The position numbers were made by a program, and so were the translations under genes. Shown here piece by piece: positions 47,435-59,464 of a stretch of DNA of 64,000 bases. A model generated the notes under the pieces. The model searched no databases. It saw nothing but the letters and a program-made list of their open reading frames with translations, and had not been told where the DNA came from. This DNA is from Takakia lepidozioides (taxonomy: Eukaryota > Plantae > Bryophyta). The DNA is taken from positions 6,448,001-6,512,000 of the forward strand of contig CM060732.1 of the NCBI GenBank assembly GCA_030704615.1, given 5' to 3'. How positions within the stretch are numbered: position 1 is the stretch's first letter; the number at the start of each line of letters is the position of its first letter.

Positions 47435-48376
47435 GACCTACAGCTAGTGTATCATGGGGGTGTTTCCTATTTGTTTCCTTTTCCGCATTCATCTTAGCTA
47501 CCTTACCATTGATAATTAAGTATCAGTTTGCTTCATCAATTTATTGGTTTCCTTCACTCCTCCATTCAATCCACAGCTTCACTCAGATCTCTCTACACAG
47601 TGTGATTGTATCGTATAAGTATCAGATTATGATTTATCAGGTATCAGGCCGAAGCCATTGTGTCTCTATTCTCCTCTACAATATCCCTACAGCTTTGCAT
47701 ATAACAAGCATCTACTAATCCTCTTTCCTCCTTCATCGTGCTCACCGACTTCCGCTCCCGTCTCACTCCGAAATCCCCCTTCCCCGAATAATAATAATAA
47801 TGATCCCTTCATCATTCCCCGTTCTTCCCTTTATCCTCCTATCCGCGGTTCTAACCGTTTCCCTCTCTAACCGTCGTATGTGAACTAACATGTTCCCTTC
47901 ACAGGTGTTGTTCCCCACAGTCGTTCCCTGTCCTACTCTTCGTTCCCTATTATCGTGACAGCTGTGTCAAGCGGTGACTGGCTGTGTTTGGCTGTGTCGG
48001 GCTGTGACTGGCTGTGTGGCTGTGCCGGGCTGTGACTGGCTGTGTGGGCTGTGTCTGTGTGACGACTGTGACGGGCTGTGTGGGCTGTGTGGGCTGTGAC
48101 GACTGTGACGGGCTGTGTGGGCTGTGACGGCTGTGTGGGCTGTGTGGGCTGTGACGGCTGTGTGGGCTGTGACGACTGTGACGGGCTGTGTTGGCTGTGT
48201 GGGCTGTGACGGCTGTGTGGGCTGTGACTGCTGTGTCGGCTGTGTGGGCTATGTAACCCCCCTCTACAGTGCGCTGCTGTCACCCCTAAGGTTCCTGTTT
48301 GTCTCAGTCTGTGCAAAAATTAAGGGTACCCTACAGATCCCGTATAAGTGTCTAAGTTCCCTACAGTCCTCTAACA
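47327..48376 (-). repeat. 5' LTR (1050 bp)
   Basis: TGTTAGAGG...GCGCGACA on minus; matches 34871-36025 apart from VNTR length and scattered changes. Confidence 0.96.
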
Positions 48377-48459
48377 AGCGGTGCCACAATTCTGTGGGTC
48401 CACGTGTTCACATATCATGGCATTTCCGTCCTAGCGTCTGATGAATTAGAGTGAAAACA

Positions 48460-50125
48460 CAAATGTGGCGCCGCATTTCCATTAAGTAGCATCCCGAACG
48501 GAAATGCGGATTCATGCCTGGCATACAAAACGGAAATGCGGCGCCGCATTTTCGTTCTGGAAAGTCCAAAGGTACGACTCGGACGAAAATGCGGTGCCGC
48601 ATTTCATTTGCATTGTTTCATGATTTTCAATCACAACGGAAATGTTGTGCCACATTTCCGTTCCACTGTCACATACCTTACTTGTTGGACGGAAATGCGG
48701 CACCACATTTCCGTTCTGGAGAGTATAAAGGTTTCCCCCGGACGGGAATGCGGGCATTTCCGTCCCACACCTCCATGCCTGAGATACAAAACGGAAATGT
48801 GGCGCAACATTTCCATTCAGGAAAGTCCGAAGGTGCGACTCGGACGGAAATGCGGTGCCGCATTTCAGTTGCAATGGTTCATGATTTTCAATCACAACGG
48901 AAATGCGGTACCGCATTTCCGTTCCACTGTCACATACCTTACTTGTTGAACGGAAATGCGATAACGCATTTCCGTTCTGGAGAGTATGAAGGTTTCCCTC
49001 GGACGGAAATACGGCGCCGCATTTCAGTTGCAGTGGTTCAAGATTTTCAATCACAACGGAAATGCGGTACCACATTTCCGTTCTAGAGAGTATGAAGGTT
49101 TCCCCCGGACGGAAATGCGGCGCCGCATTTCAGTTGTAGTGGTTCAAGATTTTCAATCACAACGGAAATGCGGTGCCGCATTTCCGTCCAACAGCTCCAT
49201 GCCTGAGATACAAAACGGAAATGCGGCGCCGCATTTCAGTTCTGGAATGTCGAAAGGTGCGACTCGGACGGAAATGCGGTGCCGCATTTCAGTTGCAGTG
49301 GTTCATGCTTTTCAATCACAATGGAAATGCAGTACCGCATTTCTGTTCCACTGTCACATACCTTATTTGTTGGACGGAAATGCGGCACCGCATTTCCGTT
49401 CTGGAGAGTCTAAAGGTTTCCCCGGGACGGAAATGCGGAGCCGCATTTCTGTCGCACTGCAGCATGCCTGAGATGCAAAACGGAAATGCGGCGCCGCATT
49501 TCCGTTCTGGAATGTCAGAAGGTACGACTCGGACGGAAGTGTGGTGCCGCATTTCAGTTGCACTGTCTAATGATTTACAATCAGAACGGAAATTTGGTGG
49601 CGCATGCTGTGCCCCATTTCCGTTCAGCAAAGTAGAAAGGATTCCACGGACGGAAATGCGGTGCATGTTGGTCGGAAACGAGTAGCCGCATTTCCGTTCT
49701 TGAAAATAGAAAGATTCACCTCGGACGGAAATGCGGTGCCGTATTTCCGTCCAACAACAATCGAAAGTAGCACCCCGGACGGAAATGCGGAACCTCATTT
49801 CCGTCCACTGGATTCCATTGAAAGAGACCGGACGGAAATGTGGCACCGCGTTTCCGTTCCTGCCTATCCAAAGTGTCCCATTCGATGAAAATGCATTGTC
49901 GCTATTATTTTCTACCGTGTGTTCCTAGTCCCATTTGACCTTAATGCGATACCGCATTTCCGTTCCACCATGGGCCTGCTTTTACAGTGGACTGAAATGT
50001 GGTACCGCATTTCCGTTGCACCAGTATTTTGGTTTCCCTATTGACGGAAATGCGGTGCCGCATTTCCGATCACAATCAACGAGAGGATGATGTCGAACTG
50101 GGATGCGGGACCGCATTCCCGTTCA
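48460..50125. repeat. Array of ~30 copies of the same 22-bp palindrome at 53-bp period, with five spacer types (265-bp higher-order unit)
   Basis: GGAAATG starts at 48793, 48846, 48899, 48952, 49005, 49058, 49111, 49164, 49217, 49270, 49323, 49376, 49429, 49482, 49535, 49588. Confidence 0.96.
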
Positions 50126-50423
50126 GCCATGTGCAATGGGTTGCATTGTTTCAAAACAACACAATTGCGGCCTGTCTTAATGAGCACAACTTGTTTGTCT
50201 AACTGTTTTAACTAACAGTCCTGGCACTTGTCAGTGCGAACGTTCATGTCTGCACCGCGAATACTGGTTGATCCACCCTCAAGAGAAACTGTCAGGAGAT
50301 GTTATTTCATCGCCGAATCGGCCATCATTGTCCTACTTAGTGGAGATCCACTTATATGGTGCCTGTGAGCCTTGGTTTGTCGCTATAGTGAACATCGCAC
50401 TTTCCAACTTCGTGCGGTGTTCG

Positions 50424-52219
50424 ATGGCTCCAAATTCCTATGCTATAGTTTGTTGTCCTCCGCAACTTGGGAGAGCCTGGATCCCAAACGAGGGAGGACT
50501 TTGCAGAGTGACTGAAACTTACCTTTGTTCCAAATTCAAGCTCAAACCGGGCACAGTTTATTTGGAAGAAGAAAGGAAGGATGTTCCTGGACAGGTTGAC
50601 GAGACCATTGTCGTGCTAGGTAACGACGGAGGTTGCGGAATCAAATGGCACGTACCCCCCATCAGACACCATCCTGTACCGAGCTGTGGGAATGCCCATT
50701 CATTTTCCGAATCAGTCGCTACCCACACCATCCACAAAGGAGTCGGGAAACCGACAGGCGGCCACTGCCAACATAGAGGTATGCAACGATAATCATTCCC
50801 GACCTAGACCGTCAAGACCCTCCATAGCTTCTCGTGTGGAGAAATTCGACATTTCCGACGAGGAAGATGAGTGCATTGAGGTCCCCATGTCCTCCACACG
50901 GTCGTTCAAATCCGACATGGACGTCTCTGCAGGTGCTACGCATGTACCCTCGAGCATAACTCCAACCCGGTCCATTGTGCATCTCCTACGGCAACATCAC
51001 CTCGATGGTTCTCGCTCCGAGCTGGCTGCTCTCGACTATGCCAAATTTCCAGTCAGGAAGGTAACGTATCTGCCTCCCGAAGTCGATGGCAATGTCATCT
51101 TCGAGTTTCCACCTGTTACTTCGTCAAACAAAGCCTCGGGGATGTTAACAGACATGGATTGAAAGCATGACGAACACCCCTAGTGTGTGACGAAGACCAG
51201 TAGCACGAAAATTGCTGATGGTGTTCGTGTACGATACGTCCTCTGTGCGGGGAAGCTGAGGTGCCTCAATCCCGCCTGCTTCCACTTTCTCTCCAAAGGA
51301 GGGCAGAGAAACTCGCTTGACCCAGATTCCGCCCGCTGTTATGTAGTATGGCCAAGCCATTGTGGAGACGACTGTGTCTGCGTCACAGTGGAGAATTGCT
51401 CGCACAAAGCCGACGTTTCGAGGCAGGTGTTCTGCAATTCGAGTGGATACACGGCAACATTGTTTAGAGATGATAAGGAGGAATCCAGATGGGGCTGTCC
51501 CTGCTCCTACTTTTACAGGAAGATTTGTCCATGCAAAGTTTGCGGAGGCGACAACCACCCAGTTCTGGTTCTGCAGGCACGACATTATGACTTGCGTGTA
51601 TGGAAAGCCCAAGTACGGCATAAAAACAATGCCAGAGGCTCCCCCGGTGTGGCCGGTGGAACCAGGCTGCGATCTGAGTCAAGTTGAGGCCGACGCCCTT
51701 ACTGCCGCAGGATTTTGGATGGTGCAGCGCACTGACGTCCCCAGACAACCATTTTCGCTTCCACAGCCTCCACCACCGACCCCTATGAGAGCAAAAATAA
51801 TGGGACGCGACAGCTCTAAGCATCCTACACACCGTTGGGGGAAACCGAAGAGGCAGCGACCTCCCTCAAAAGTGAACGAGACAAGGATGGGGAATGCACT
51901 TCGGATGAACTGTACAATCCAGAGCTCGACAGAAGTGCCCCCACCAGGCTTTGGGCGTGTGTATCAGATGGCCACGGCAGGCTCAGCTGTTCGCAATGAG
52001 GTGTACACCATCACCATTTCAGAATTACCCACCTGCAATTGCACCGACTTCCAGATCATGGCGAACAAGGGGGCATCATACTGCCCTTGCAAGCATCTGT
52101 ACTATATGTACCTAAAGAGACTCCGGTGTAATTCCACAACTCATCACTTCATACATGCACCAGGGTTGAGCCCCCAAGAGGTGTGCACTCTTCTGAATAT
52201 GGATCCAGGGGACCAGTGA
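50424..52219 (+). pseudogene. SWIM zinc-finger, Cys-rich transposase-like gene of the Mutator-like element (broken; no catalytic core recognised)
   Basis: Collinear fragments: YLPPEVDGNVIFEFPP...DMD*KHDEHP*, YVLCAGKLRCLNPAC, WFCRHDIMTCV, and C-terminal SWIM YTITISELPTCNCTDF...PCKHLYY. Confidence 0.7.
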
Positions 52220-53129
52220 GCTTGGCTTGCGGTCCCCACACAATGGTACGCCCATCCTTTTCGGAGTTTCAGTTATAGTAGAACTGTACTGCTGCAAGTA
52301 TCTCTGACTCTGGCCACAGAAAGGTCCGACTTATGTCTTGCCTACCAATAACCTGTTTTGCTCAAACTAAGATAATACTATGTCATTCACTTCTGTTTCC
52401 ACGTGCTTGTATTTTTGTTTGTTGGAGGGTTCATGTTTTTCTGCTCTCCCAAACTTTGCTTTCCTCATTCGACCCCCGGCAAGGAAATGCGGCGCTGCAT
52501 TTCCAAGTAACGTCGTAGGTACTGGTAGTTGCGGCCTTCGTCATAGCAAGATAGTCGCACCCAGCCTTCAGGGAGCCGACCGTCGCCAACACCAAACCCC
52601 CCAGAAATTTCGCACGTGCGAACCCTAATGCGGCACCGCATTTCCTAGTTGACTCGCAAACCTTTCCCGCCGAATACCCGAAGATGACAGAATTGTGAAG
52701 TACTACAGACTCTATTGGTGCAGACTCTATTGGTTCAATCGCGGCAGAAGGGTCAGCTTCATTCTAATGTTAAGGCATGTAAAACCGCGGAATACTCTAT
52801 ACAGGCCAGTATGTGACATCCTTTTGCCGTGGTATACTGGATTTCTCGTTGCACGGTCACTCATTTCCATGAGCGGATCTAAAAAACCATGAGCGGAGTT
52901 GTTACTGACGACATATCTTTGCCGCATTACAGGATCTGGAACTTCCAAAAACGGCAAGGTCAAATTAAAAAAACTGTTATTTTAATACTTTTTTAATCTG
53001 CCGCATTTCCAAATTTGGAGGAGTCCGCTCATGAAATCCGCGTGTCTTAGACTTCGGCTCACCGCTCATGCAGCTCATGCGGCTCATGGCTCATGGCTCG
53101 TGGTTTCTGCTCATGAAATAGTAAACCTC

Positions 53130-54728
53130 TTCCGGAAATATGGAAGCACTATATGTGCAGACGGTTGGAGTTCTGTTACTAATCGATCACTTTTCAATGT
53201 CATGCTGGTCTGTCCTGCGGGGGAACAATTTTTGGGATCCGTTGACACAAGCGGGGAGAGAAAAGATGCACGTTATCAAGCAAGGTTATTGACGAGTTTC
53301 ATCGATACAATTGGAGCTGATAAAATTGTCCAAGTGTGCACGGACAATGCATCTAACATGGTTAATATGGCCGATATTTTGATGGTACGATATCCCCATC
53401 TATATTACCAAGGGTGTGCTGCTCATATCTTTGATCTCCTTTTGGAGGATTGGGGAAAAGAATTATGGATGAAACAGCTTGTAAAAAAGGCAAAGTCGGT
53501 TGTGACGTTCATCCGTACACATCACATCTTTCTGGCATTGTTTAGAAAGCATGAACCCAAATACAGCTTTAGGAACTCGGGTGAAACCCGCTTTGCCACA
53601 AACTTTTTGATGGTGGATCGACTGGTGACTGTGAGGGCGGGTCTGGAGCAGGTGATCATCGACCCTCAATGGGATGCGTATGTGGGCACCTTATGCGACT
53701 CTCGTAAGTCCAAGTCTTTGAGCAGACGTCGGAGGGTCTGCGCAATCATTCGCTCCGACAATTTCTAGGCGAAATGTGCAAATTTTGTGTATATGTTGGA
53801 GCCGGTGTTGATTTACTTGCGGGAGTTTGATGGAAAACAACCAATAATGGGTAAAGCATGGTTGATATTGGAAAACCTTCAGAAGCACGTGCAATCCTTG
53901 AGGCGTCCTCCATTCTCTATGGACCATGATTTGGCGGCAAGGACCGAGGATGCATTTTACGACCGCAAACGGATGGTTCGCACGGACTTGAATTATGCGG
54001 GGGCCTTGCTGAATCCATTATTGCAGGACAATACGGATTTGAGAGACGATGTGGATGCCAAAGCCGGGCTTGTACAGGTCATCATGCAACTTGCGCCCTT
54101 GAACATGGCAGAGCAAGCTTTGTCTGAGTACCAGTGCTTCTCGGATCGCCAAAATCCTTTCCATGACATGTCGGATCCAAAAGCAATGAACATGTTGCCA
54201 CATGAATGGTGGGATCTGATTGGAGCTGGAGCAAGAACGTTAGCTCCCATTGCAAAGCGTATTCTTGCTCAAGTGTGCTCTGCCTCATCCTGTGAGCGGA
54301 ACTGGAGCAGTTACTCATTTGTTCACAACAAGATTTGCAACAGGTTGAATCCTGCCAGGGCTGACAAATTGGTTTATGTCTACACGAATTGTAGGCTACT
54401 GCGAGAGAGGACAGCAAATAACGCATCTGCATGGTACGAGAAGAATCTGTTGTCTGAAGAATCTGCCTCAGAGGTCCAATCTAGCATCAATGATGACACC
54501 GATGCCGCGAGGGACTCCGACTCCGACGGTTGGGATGGGTCCGATGATGTCGGCAATCCTCCACATGACCCATATGAATTTAATGACGGCGATGCTGCAA
54601 TGCACCCATCCTTCGATGACCTTGTTGTTGATGAACTGCGACATGGTGTCATCCCAATTACGGATCCCCTTTCCTCACTGGAGCACACTCTCAACAATGA
54701 AGTTGAGGTCAACTCTCCCCCACCATGA
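53130..54728 (+). pseudogene. hAT transposase, catalytic and dimerisation part (one TAG at 53766-53768)
   Basis: ICADGWS, VCTDNASN, GCAAHIFDL (CxxH), ETRFAT, WWDLIG...ILAQVCSASSCERNWS, RLNPARADKLVYVYTN. Confidence 0.95.
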
Positions 54729-55779
54729 GTTCCACGGACTGCGGGAGATATGCAGGTCGAATCGTCGGATGATGACAACCGGCCGTTGTCATTCCTTCAC
54801 CGACGTCCTGCCCCTGTGAACCGTGCTTCATCTCACGCCGCTCCATCTCATGTTTATCTTTCTCAAGCCGGTCCATCCCATGCTGGTCCATCTAGTCTCT
54901 CTCTCCCTCATGTAATTCTTTCCATCGCTACTCCGATCGTGGGAGATGCTTCTTCTGCTGCGGGACTTCTACAAGTCGAACCATCGGATGACGACGACCG
55001 GCCATTGTCGTTTCATCTGGCCTGACGACGTCCGCATGTGAATCGTGCTCCCTCGACCCTCGCTGGTCCATCTTGTGCCCCTTCCTCTCATGTCGGTCCC
55101 TCTGATGTACGTGCAAGTAGCCTTCCTCATATGAGACCTGCTCCAGCCTCCAAGGCCACCACGAAATCCGGGACAAGCCCAGAAACGGCAGAGAATTGTG
55201 CAGCCTTCTGTTGGTGACCGACCTGTGAACAGGCCTGATACCCTAGATGGTATTCATGATAGGAGTGGAAATTGACCAGAGAGACAACTGAACGTACTTT
55301 GAGGATGACTACAGGTCCAACGGCCAGTTGCCTCAGGAAACGAAAGAGCAGATGGAGATGATGATTCCAGCACTGATCATGGGAACGGGGGTGAAGTGAG
55401 TGGGGACGAAGATTTTGTACTGGGCGTGAGAACATACCATCGTCATCGTGCCAGACGGAACTAGGTACAGCTATAACTTCTGTCACATGTTGTGTAGTAT
55501 GTTTCCATGGATATCCATGTTTCAGTTTGGGTACATGCATACGTGTACGGAAATAAAAACGATGGAATATGTGTACCCAAGAAAGGGTTTGGTGGTTGTG
55601 TGTGTGTGTTTGTGTTTCGTCATTACCTGTACATTGTTGATTTTCTATTATGGTTTCGAAAGCCACAAAGACCAGGTGCAGCTCCCAACATTCATCTTCC
55701 CCTTCACAAATCCGTGGGGAGTCGATACATGTGCTTTTCATCTGCCTCTCCAAACAAATATACAGGTGCAGGGGAACCA

Positions 55780-56205
55780 ACCTCCTGGTGGTCGCACCTA
55801 TTTTTTTTTAAACAATTGTGCGACCACCAGTAGCTGCTGGTGGTCGCACCTATTTAACAAAAAGAAAAATGGTCCGACCACCCCCCTGCTGGTGGTCGCA
55901 TCTATTTAAAAAGGGAAAATTCTGCGACCACCCCCTTGCTGGTGGTCGCCCCTAAAAAAACATGGTGCGACCACCCCCCCTGTTGGTGGTCGCAGCTATT
56001 CAAAAAAAGGAAAATTATGTGACCACCCCCCTGCGAACACCCCCCTAGTGGTTGCATCTTTAAAAAAATAGTGCGACCACCTCCCTGCTGGTGGTCGTAC
56101 CTTAAAAAAAAATTGTTGTGACCACCCCCCTGCTGGTGGTCGCACATAATAATAATAATAATAAATGATGCGACCACCCCCTGCTGGCGGTCGCACCTAT
56201 TACTA
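55780..56205. repeat. Subterminal hairpin repeats and probable right terminus of the hAT element
   Basis: About 8 copies of TGCGACCACC(CCC)TGCTGGTGGTCGCA separated by A/T tracts, ending ...GCACCTATTACTA; the reverse complement begins TAG, as hAT TIRs often do. Left end not found. Confidence 0.65.
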
Positions 56206-56629
56206 GCGTGCGTAGTCATGATGACAATGTGCGCCCCGAGTGTGGAGGAGGGCTTATAAGGCCTTCGAGGCCATTCTCTCTCTCACTTCTCTCCACACCA
56301 GGACTTGGTGGACGATGGGATGTTGCATTCCTTGTCATTGAGTCCGAGTGGAGAGGGGTGCTATTGGTTGGGTGGGGGGTATTTTTGGCCGTTGGTTTCT
56401 ACGAAATCGATGCTGAGTACCTCCCGGGAAGCCCTCCTCTGGCACCCACATTTTTTTCATTGCACATTACGTCATATCACTTAGAACTACGGAGGGAGTG
56501 ACACGTGCCTCTAGTACTTGGGGAGGATTCATTAGGGAGTAGGATTAGGTACGATTTAGGAGGGTTGGGAAAGTATTTTTCTTAGCAAACACCTGTTGAG
56601 TAGGGGTAAGCCAGAGCCATAAATGGCGG

Positions 56630-59158
56630 ATGAGGAAGACAGAGGAGGTCATCCCAGGGATGAGGATAATGAACCTGGACCTCCCAAAAAAAAAACCGAA
56701 AGGGGCCAGGCGCGAACTTCGTTGGGACATATACATTGACCCCAACATTCTTGCGGAACCAGGTTGGGAAGTTTGGAGGTTGGGGCAGCGGTGGTTGCTT
56801 GGTGACTGCAGGAAATTTGTGGACTGATGTCACATAAATCATTTGTGGCCCAGAGATAGGCATGAGCCACAAACCAAACAAAATCAAGCTAGCTTGCATT
56901 CCTGCGCCAACCCGCATTTCCGCCAGAGGGCAGAGGAGGTACATACAACATTGTGGGGTCAACCGCTCGTCAACAACAAGGTCCCGTATTTATTTGCGGC
57001 CATGTTGTACACAGAGTTGATTTTATTGCGACCAGTGGATTGGCAAATTGCCACTGCGAGACAGCGTACTAGACTATACATGTTCTCTGATATCCCAGAC
57101 ATGTATATACGTCAGGGGCAAGACATCATACGATTGGATGGAAACGACGAGGTGGAAGAAGGAGGAAATGCAGACGCAGTGGTGGTGTGGGAGGTGCAGG
57201 GGGACCAACCTCCAAAATATATGCCGCAACGGGTCTCCGCAGTCGGGCCTTTAACGTCTGAGGTGGAGGGGGCGAGGTACGCTTTCCGTTGGAGGAACAA
57301 TTGGCCGCACAGGAACAGCACATCAAGGACCTGCAGGACATTGTTCATTTGCAACGGTGGCAAATAGCAAAGTTGCTGGAAAGAATGGGGTTGGGGACTC
57401 TCGACAGCGTATGCGGTGTGCTTCAGGACCTGAGGCCAATCACCAACGAGCAAGACATACTGGCGCGTTTGGATATGCCACCAATGGACATTGACCGCGT
57501 CATCGACGGGGTTGACTCAATCGGGCATGGGAATGAAGTGCAAACGCCTGAACTTGACCCGGCGAGGGGTGAGGAAGAAAGACTTGCGGCGGAGAGGGCA
57601 AGAAAAAGGAAGGACCCCATAGTGGAAACTAGGGAATGTTCAGCCGTACAAATTAAATCGGCCCAGGAACAGGAATTAGAGCAGCTTGTGGGGGAACGTG
57701 ACCAAGCTAGGGCTGTTGCATATCGGTACTCAAATGCCATGCAAATCCGATCGTGGCCATGGTTGAAGGGGAATTGGCGAAATTGGGTGACATGGGCGGG
57801 CTATCTAGCATCGCGGGAAACATGGATAGAAGAAACATTGTCCTCCCTCCAACGTGCAGCGCGTTTGTCGAATCGAAGCGTAGATAGCATCTCTGCTAAT
57901 TTGCAAAGGCACCACACTGTGCGTGATGTATTCACGTTGAAGTACACTGGATTCATCACATGGGCTGATATGGATGCCATGTTTGAGCACTGTGTGCATA
58001 TAAATTCCGATACCAATAAGAGCATAAACTGGGATTTGGAAGTAGTGGAGGAGTGGGACAGCAGGCCGAGGATGTCATCCGGCATTCATGAGGAATCGCG
58101 GACGTGGATATCACGGAGCAATCCACCGTCATGGGTAACAAATGGTACAGTGTGCACAATGTGCCTAAACACTTACGGACCGGAGGGAGGCTATATGCTT
58201 GGTTCATGTGGCCATTTGTTCCACCCCACAAGTCTCATATCGGCAGCCATGCGAGCCAGCCAATGCCCTGACTGTCGTGGACCAATCCATCGATGTTTCT
58301 ACGAGGTGTTTGGGTTGCAAGACAATATGCCCACGGGATATGAGTACAACCGGTACAACATGCCATTGGATGTGGAGCCTTACAATTTTTTAAATTGTCA
58401 GCACTGGGGGAAGACAATGACATGGGATGCTCCAAGAGAGATGCACGCCTTGGATGCCTTGACTAAATCTAGGGTTAAAGATCCGGTGATCTTTTGGGTG
58501 ACATCCAATTGGGAAATAACCGTGCGTGCTAGAGGTACGGGACCCAGTCCAAAGGGAGTTTTTTTGCAAGAACTTGGGAGGGCATTGGAGCTGTACCAGA
58601 CAAAGATTCTTCCGACTTCCTGAGGATCCGTGGGTGCCAGCGGAAAACGACCCATACAATCGCGAACCGATTGGGAGAGACCTATTTCTGAGGGAGTTTG
58701 AGGACGTTAGCATCCGTTGGGATGATATGAATGAGAGGTATTGGGTGCCTCATAGGGATGAAGGGCCATTTTCTCCAGAGTTGCGTAGAGACCCCCAACA
58801 AAAATAGATGTTGGACAATTTCAAGGCTGCCATCAGGAGTGTTGTTCGGTATTGGCAAAAGACATGGCGTGACCAAATTGCCCCTATTTCAGGGGAGTTC
58901 TTGTCACTTCCAAACATACCGGATTTAATTGAAAATTTGCATGAAGCCGTAGCAAGAGCGACAAACCCGGCTTTGGCAAATGTGGAAGAGAGTCAGCACT
59001 CGCCTAGAACTCTACGTATGATGGCAAGGGTGGACCAGACAACATTGGGTCCCTCCTTGACCCTCGAGCCCAGGCTCGAGCTCTCCGTACTGGTGGAGGC
59101 ACGTCCTCTACACCCGGAGCATTTTCATCAATACCTGGAGATGACGACAACGAAGTAA
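56630..59158 (+). pseudogene. Intronless decayed gene with coiled coil and RING-H2-like zinc finger, probably TE cargo
   Basis: Collinear ORFs 56630-56827, 56843-57367, 57289-58623, 58526-58807, 58808-59158; CTMC...SCGHLFHPTSL...CPDC, with one ligand changed to Ser. Confidence 0.6.
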
Positions 59159-59464
59159 TTAATCTAGATGAAGATGACTAGAAAGGCTAGAAATGTAGGG
59201 AGTAGGCCAAAGGTCTCAGGTTGCGAAAACTTAAATGTGCACCCCACTGTATTGTCTACGTATTTTTTGGAAATACGAGGTTCATCCTTTGAACCATTTT
59301 TGAATGACCTCATAATTGTTCGGTACTTGTTCGACGGCATGTACAACATACTAGCAAAGTTTCAAAACAATCAAAAATTGCTGAATGAAGAAACCATTGG
59401 TTCACACATTGCAATATTTTAAATCGAACTTATACTTGTCCGGTACCTTTAAGAGGGCATGTAC

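Larger units (their letters stand above)
34871..48376 (-). mobile_element. Full-length Ty3/gypsy LTR retrotransposon, non-chromovirus type (13.5 kb)
   Basis: Two LTRs with TG...CA ends, 5-bp TSD AGCGG (34866-34870 and 48377-48381), PBS, PPT, gag-PR-RT-RH-INT order, RT motif VFLDDFSV, no chromodomain. Confidence 0.97.
25953..53129. mobile_element. Large TIR DNA transposon, Mutator-like (27.2 kb; ~13.7 kb without the nested LTR element)
   Basis: Left TIR GGGGGCTGCTATTTCATGAGC vs right (reverse complement) GAGGTTTACTATTTCATGAGC, both followed by CATGAGC multimers. 9-bp TSD CTCCAGAAA (25944-25952) / TTCCGGAAA (53130-53138). Excision restores the hAT frame. Internal SWIM-finger gene. Confidence 0.88.

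Noticed and set aside
48460-50125. CRISPR array (palindromic repeat plus ~31-bp spacers)
   Set aside because: Spacers recur in a higher-order pattern, there are no cas genes, the context is eukaryotic and intron-containing, and solo repeats occur in introns.
53031-53129. Start of ORF 53031-53768 (MKSACLRL...AHAAHGSW)
   Set aside because: This is the TIR of the inserted element read in frame; hAT sequence resumes only at the TSD.
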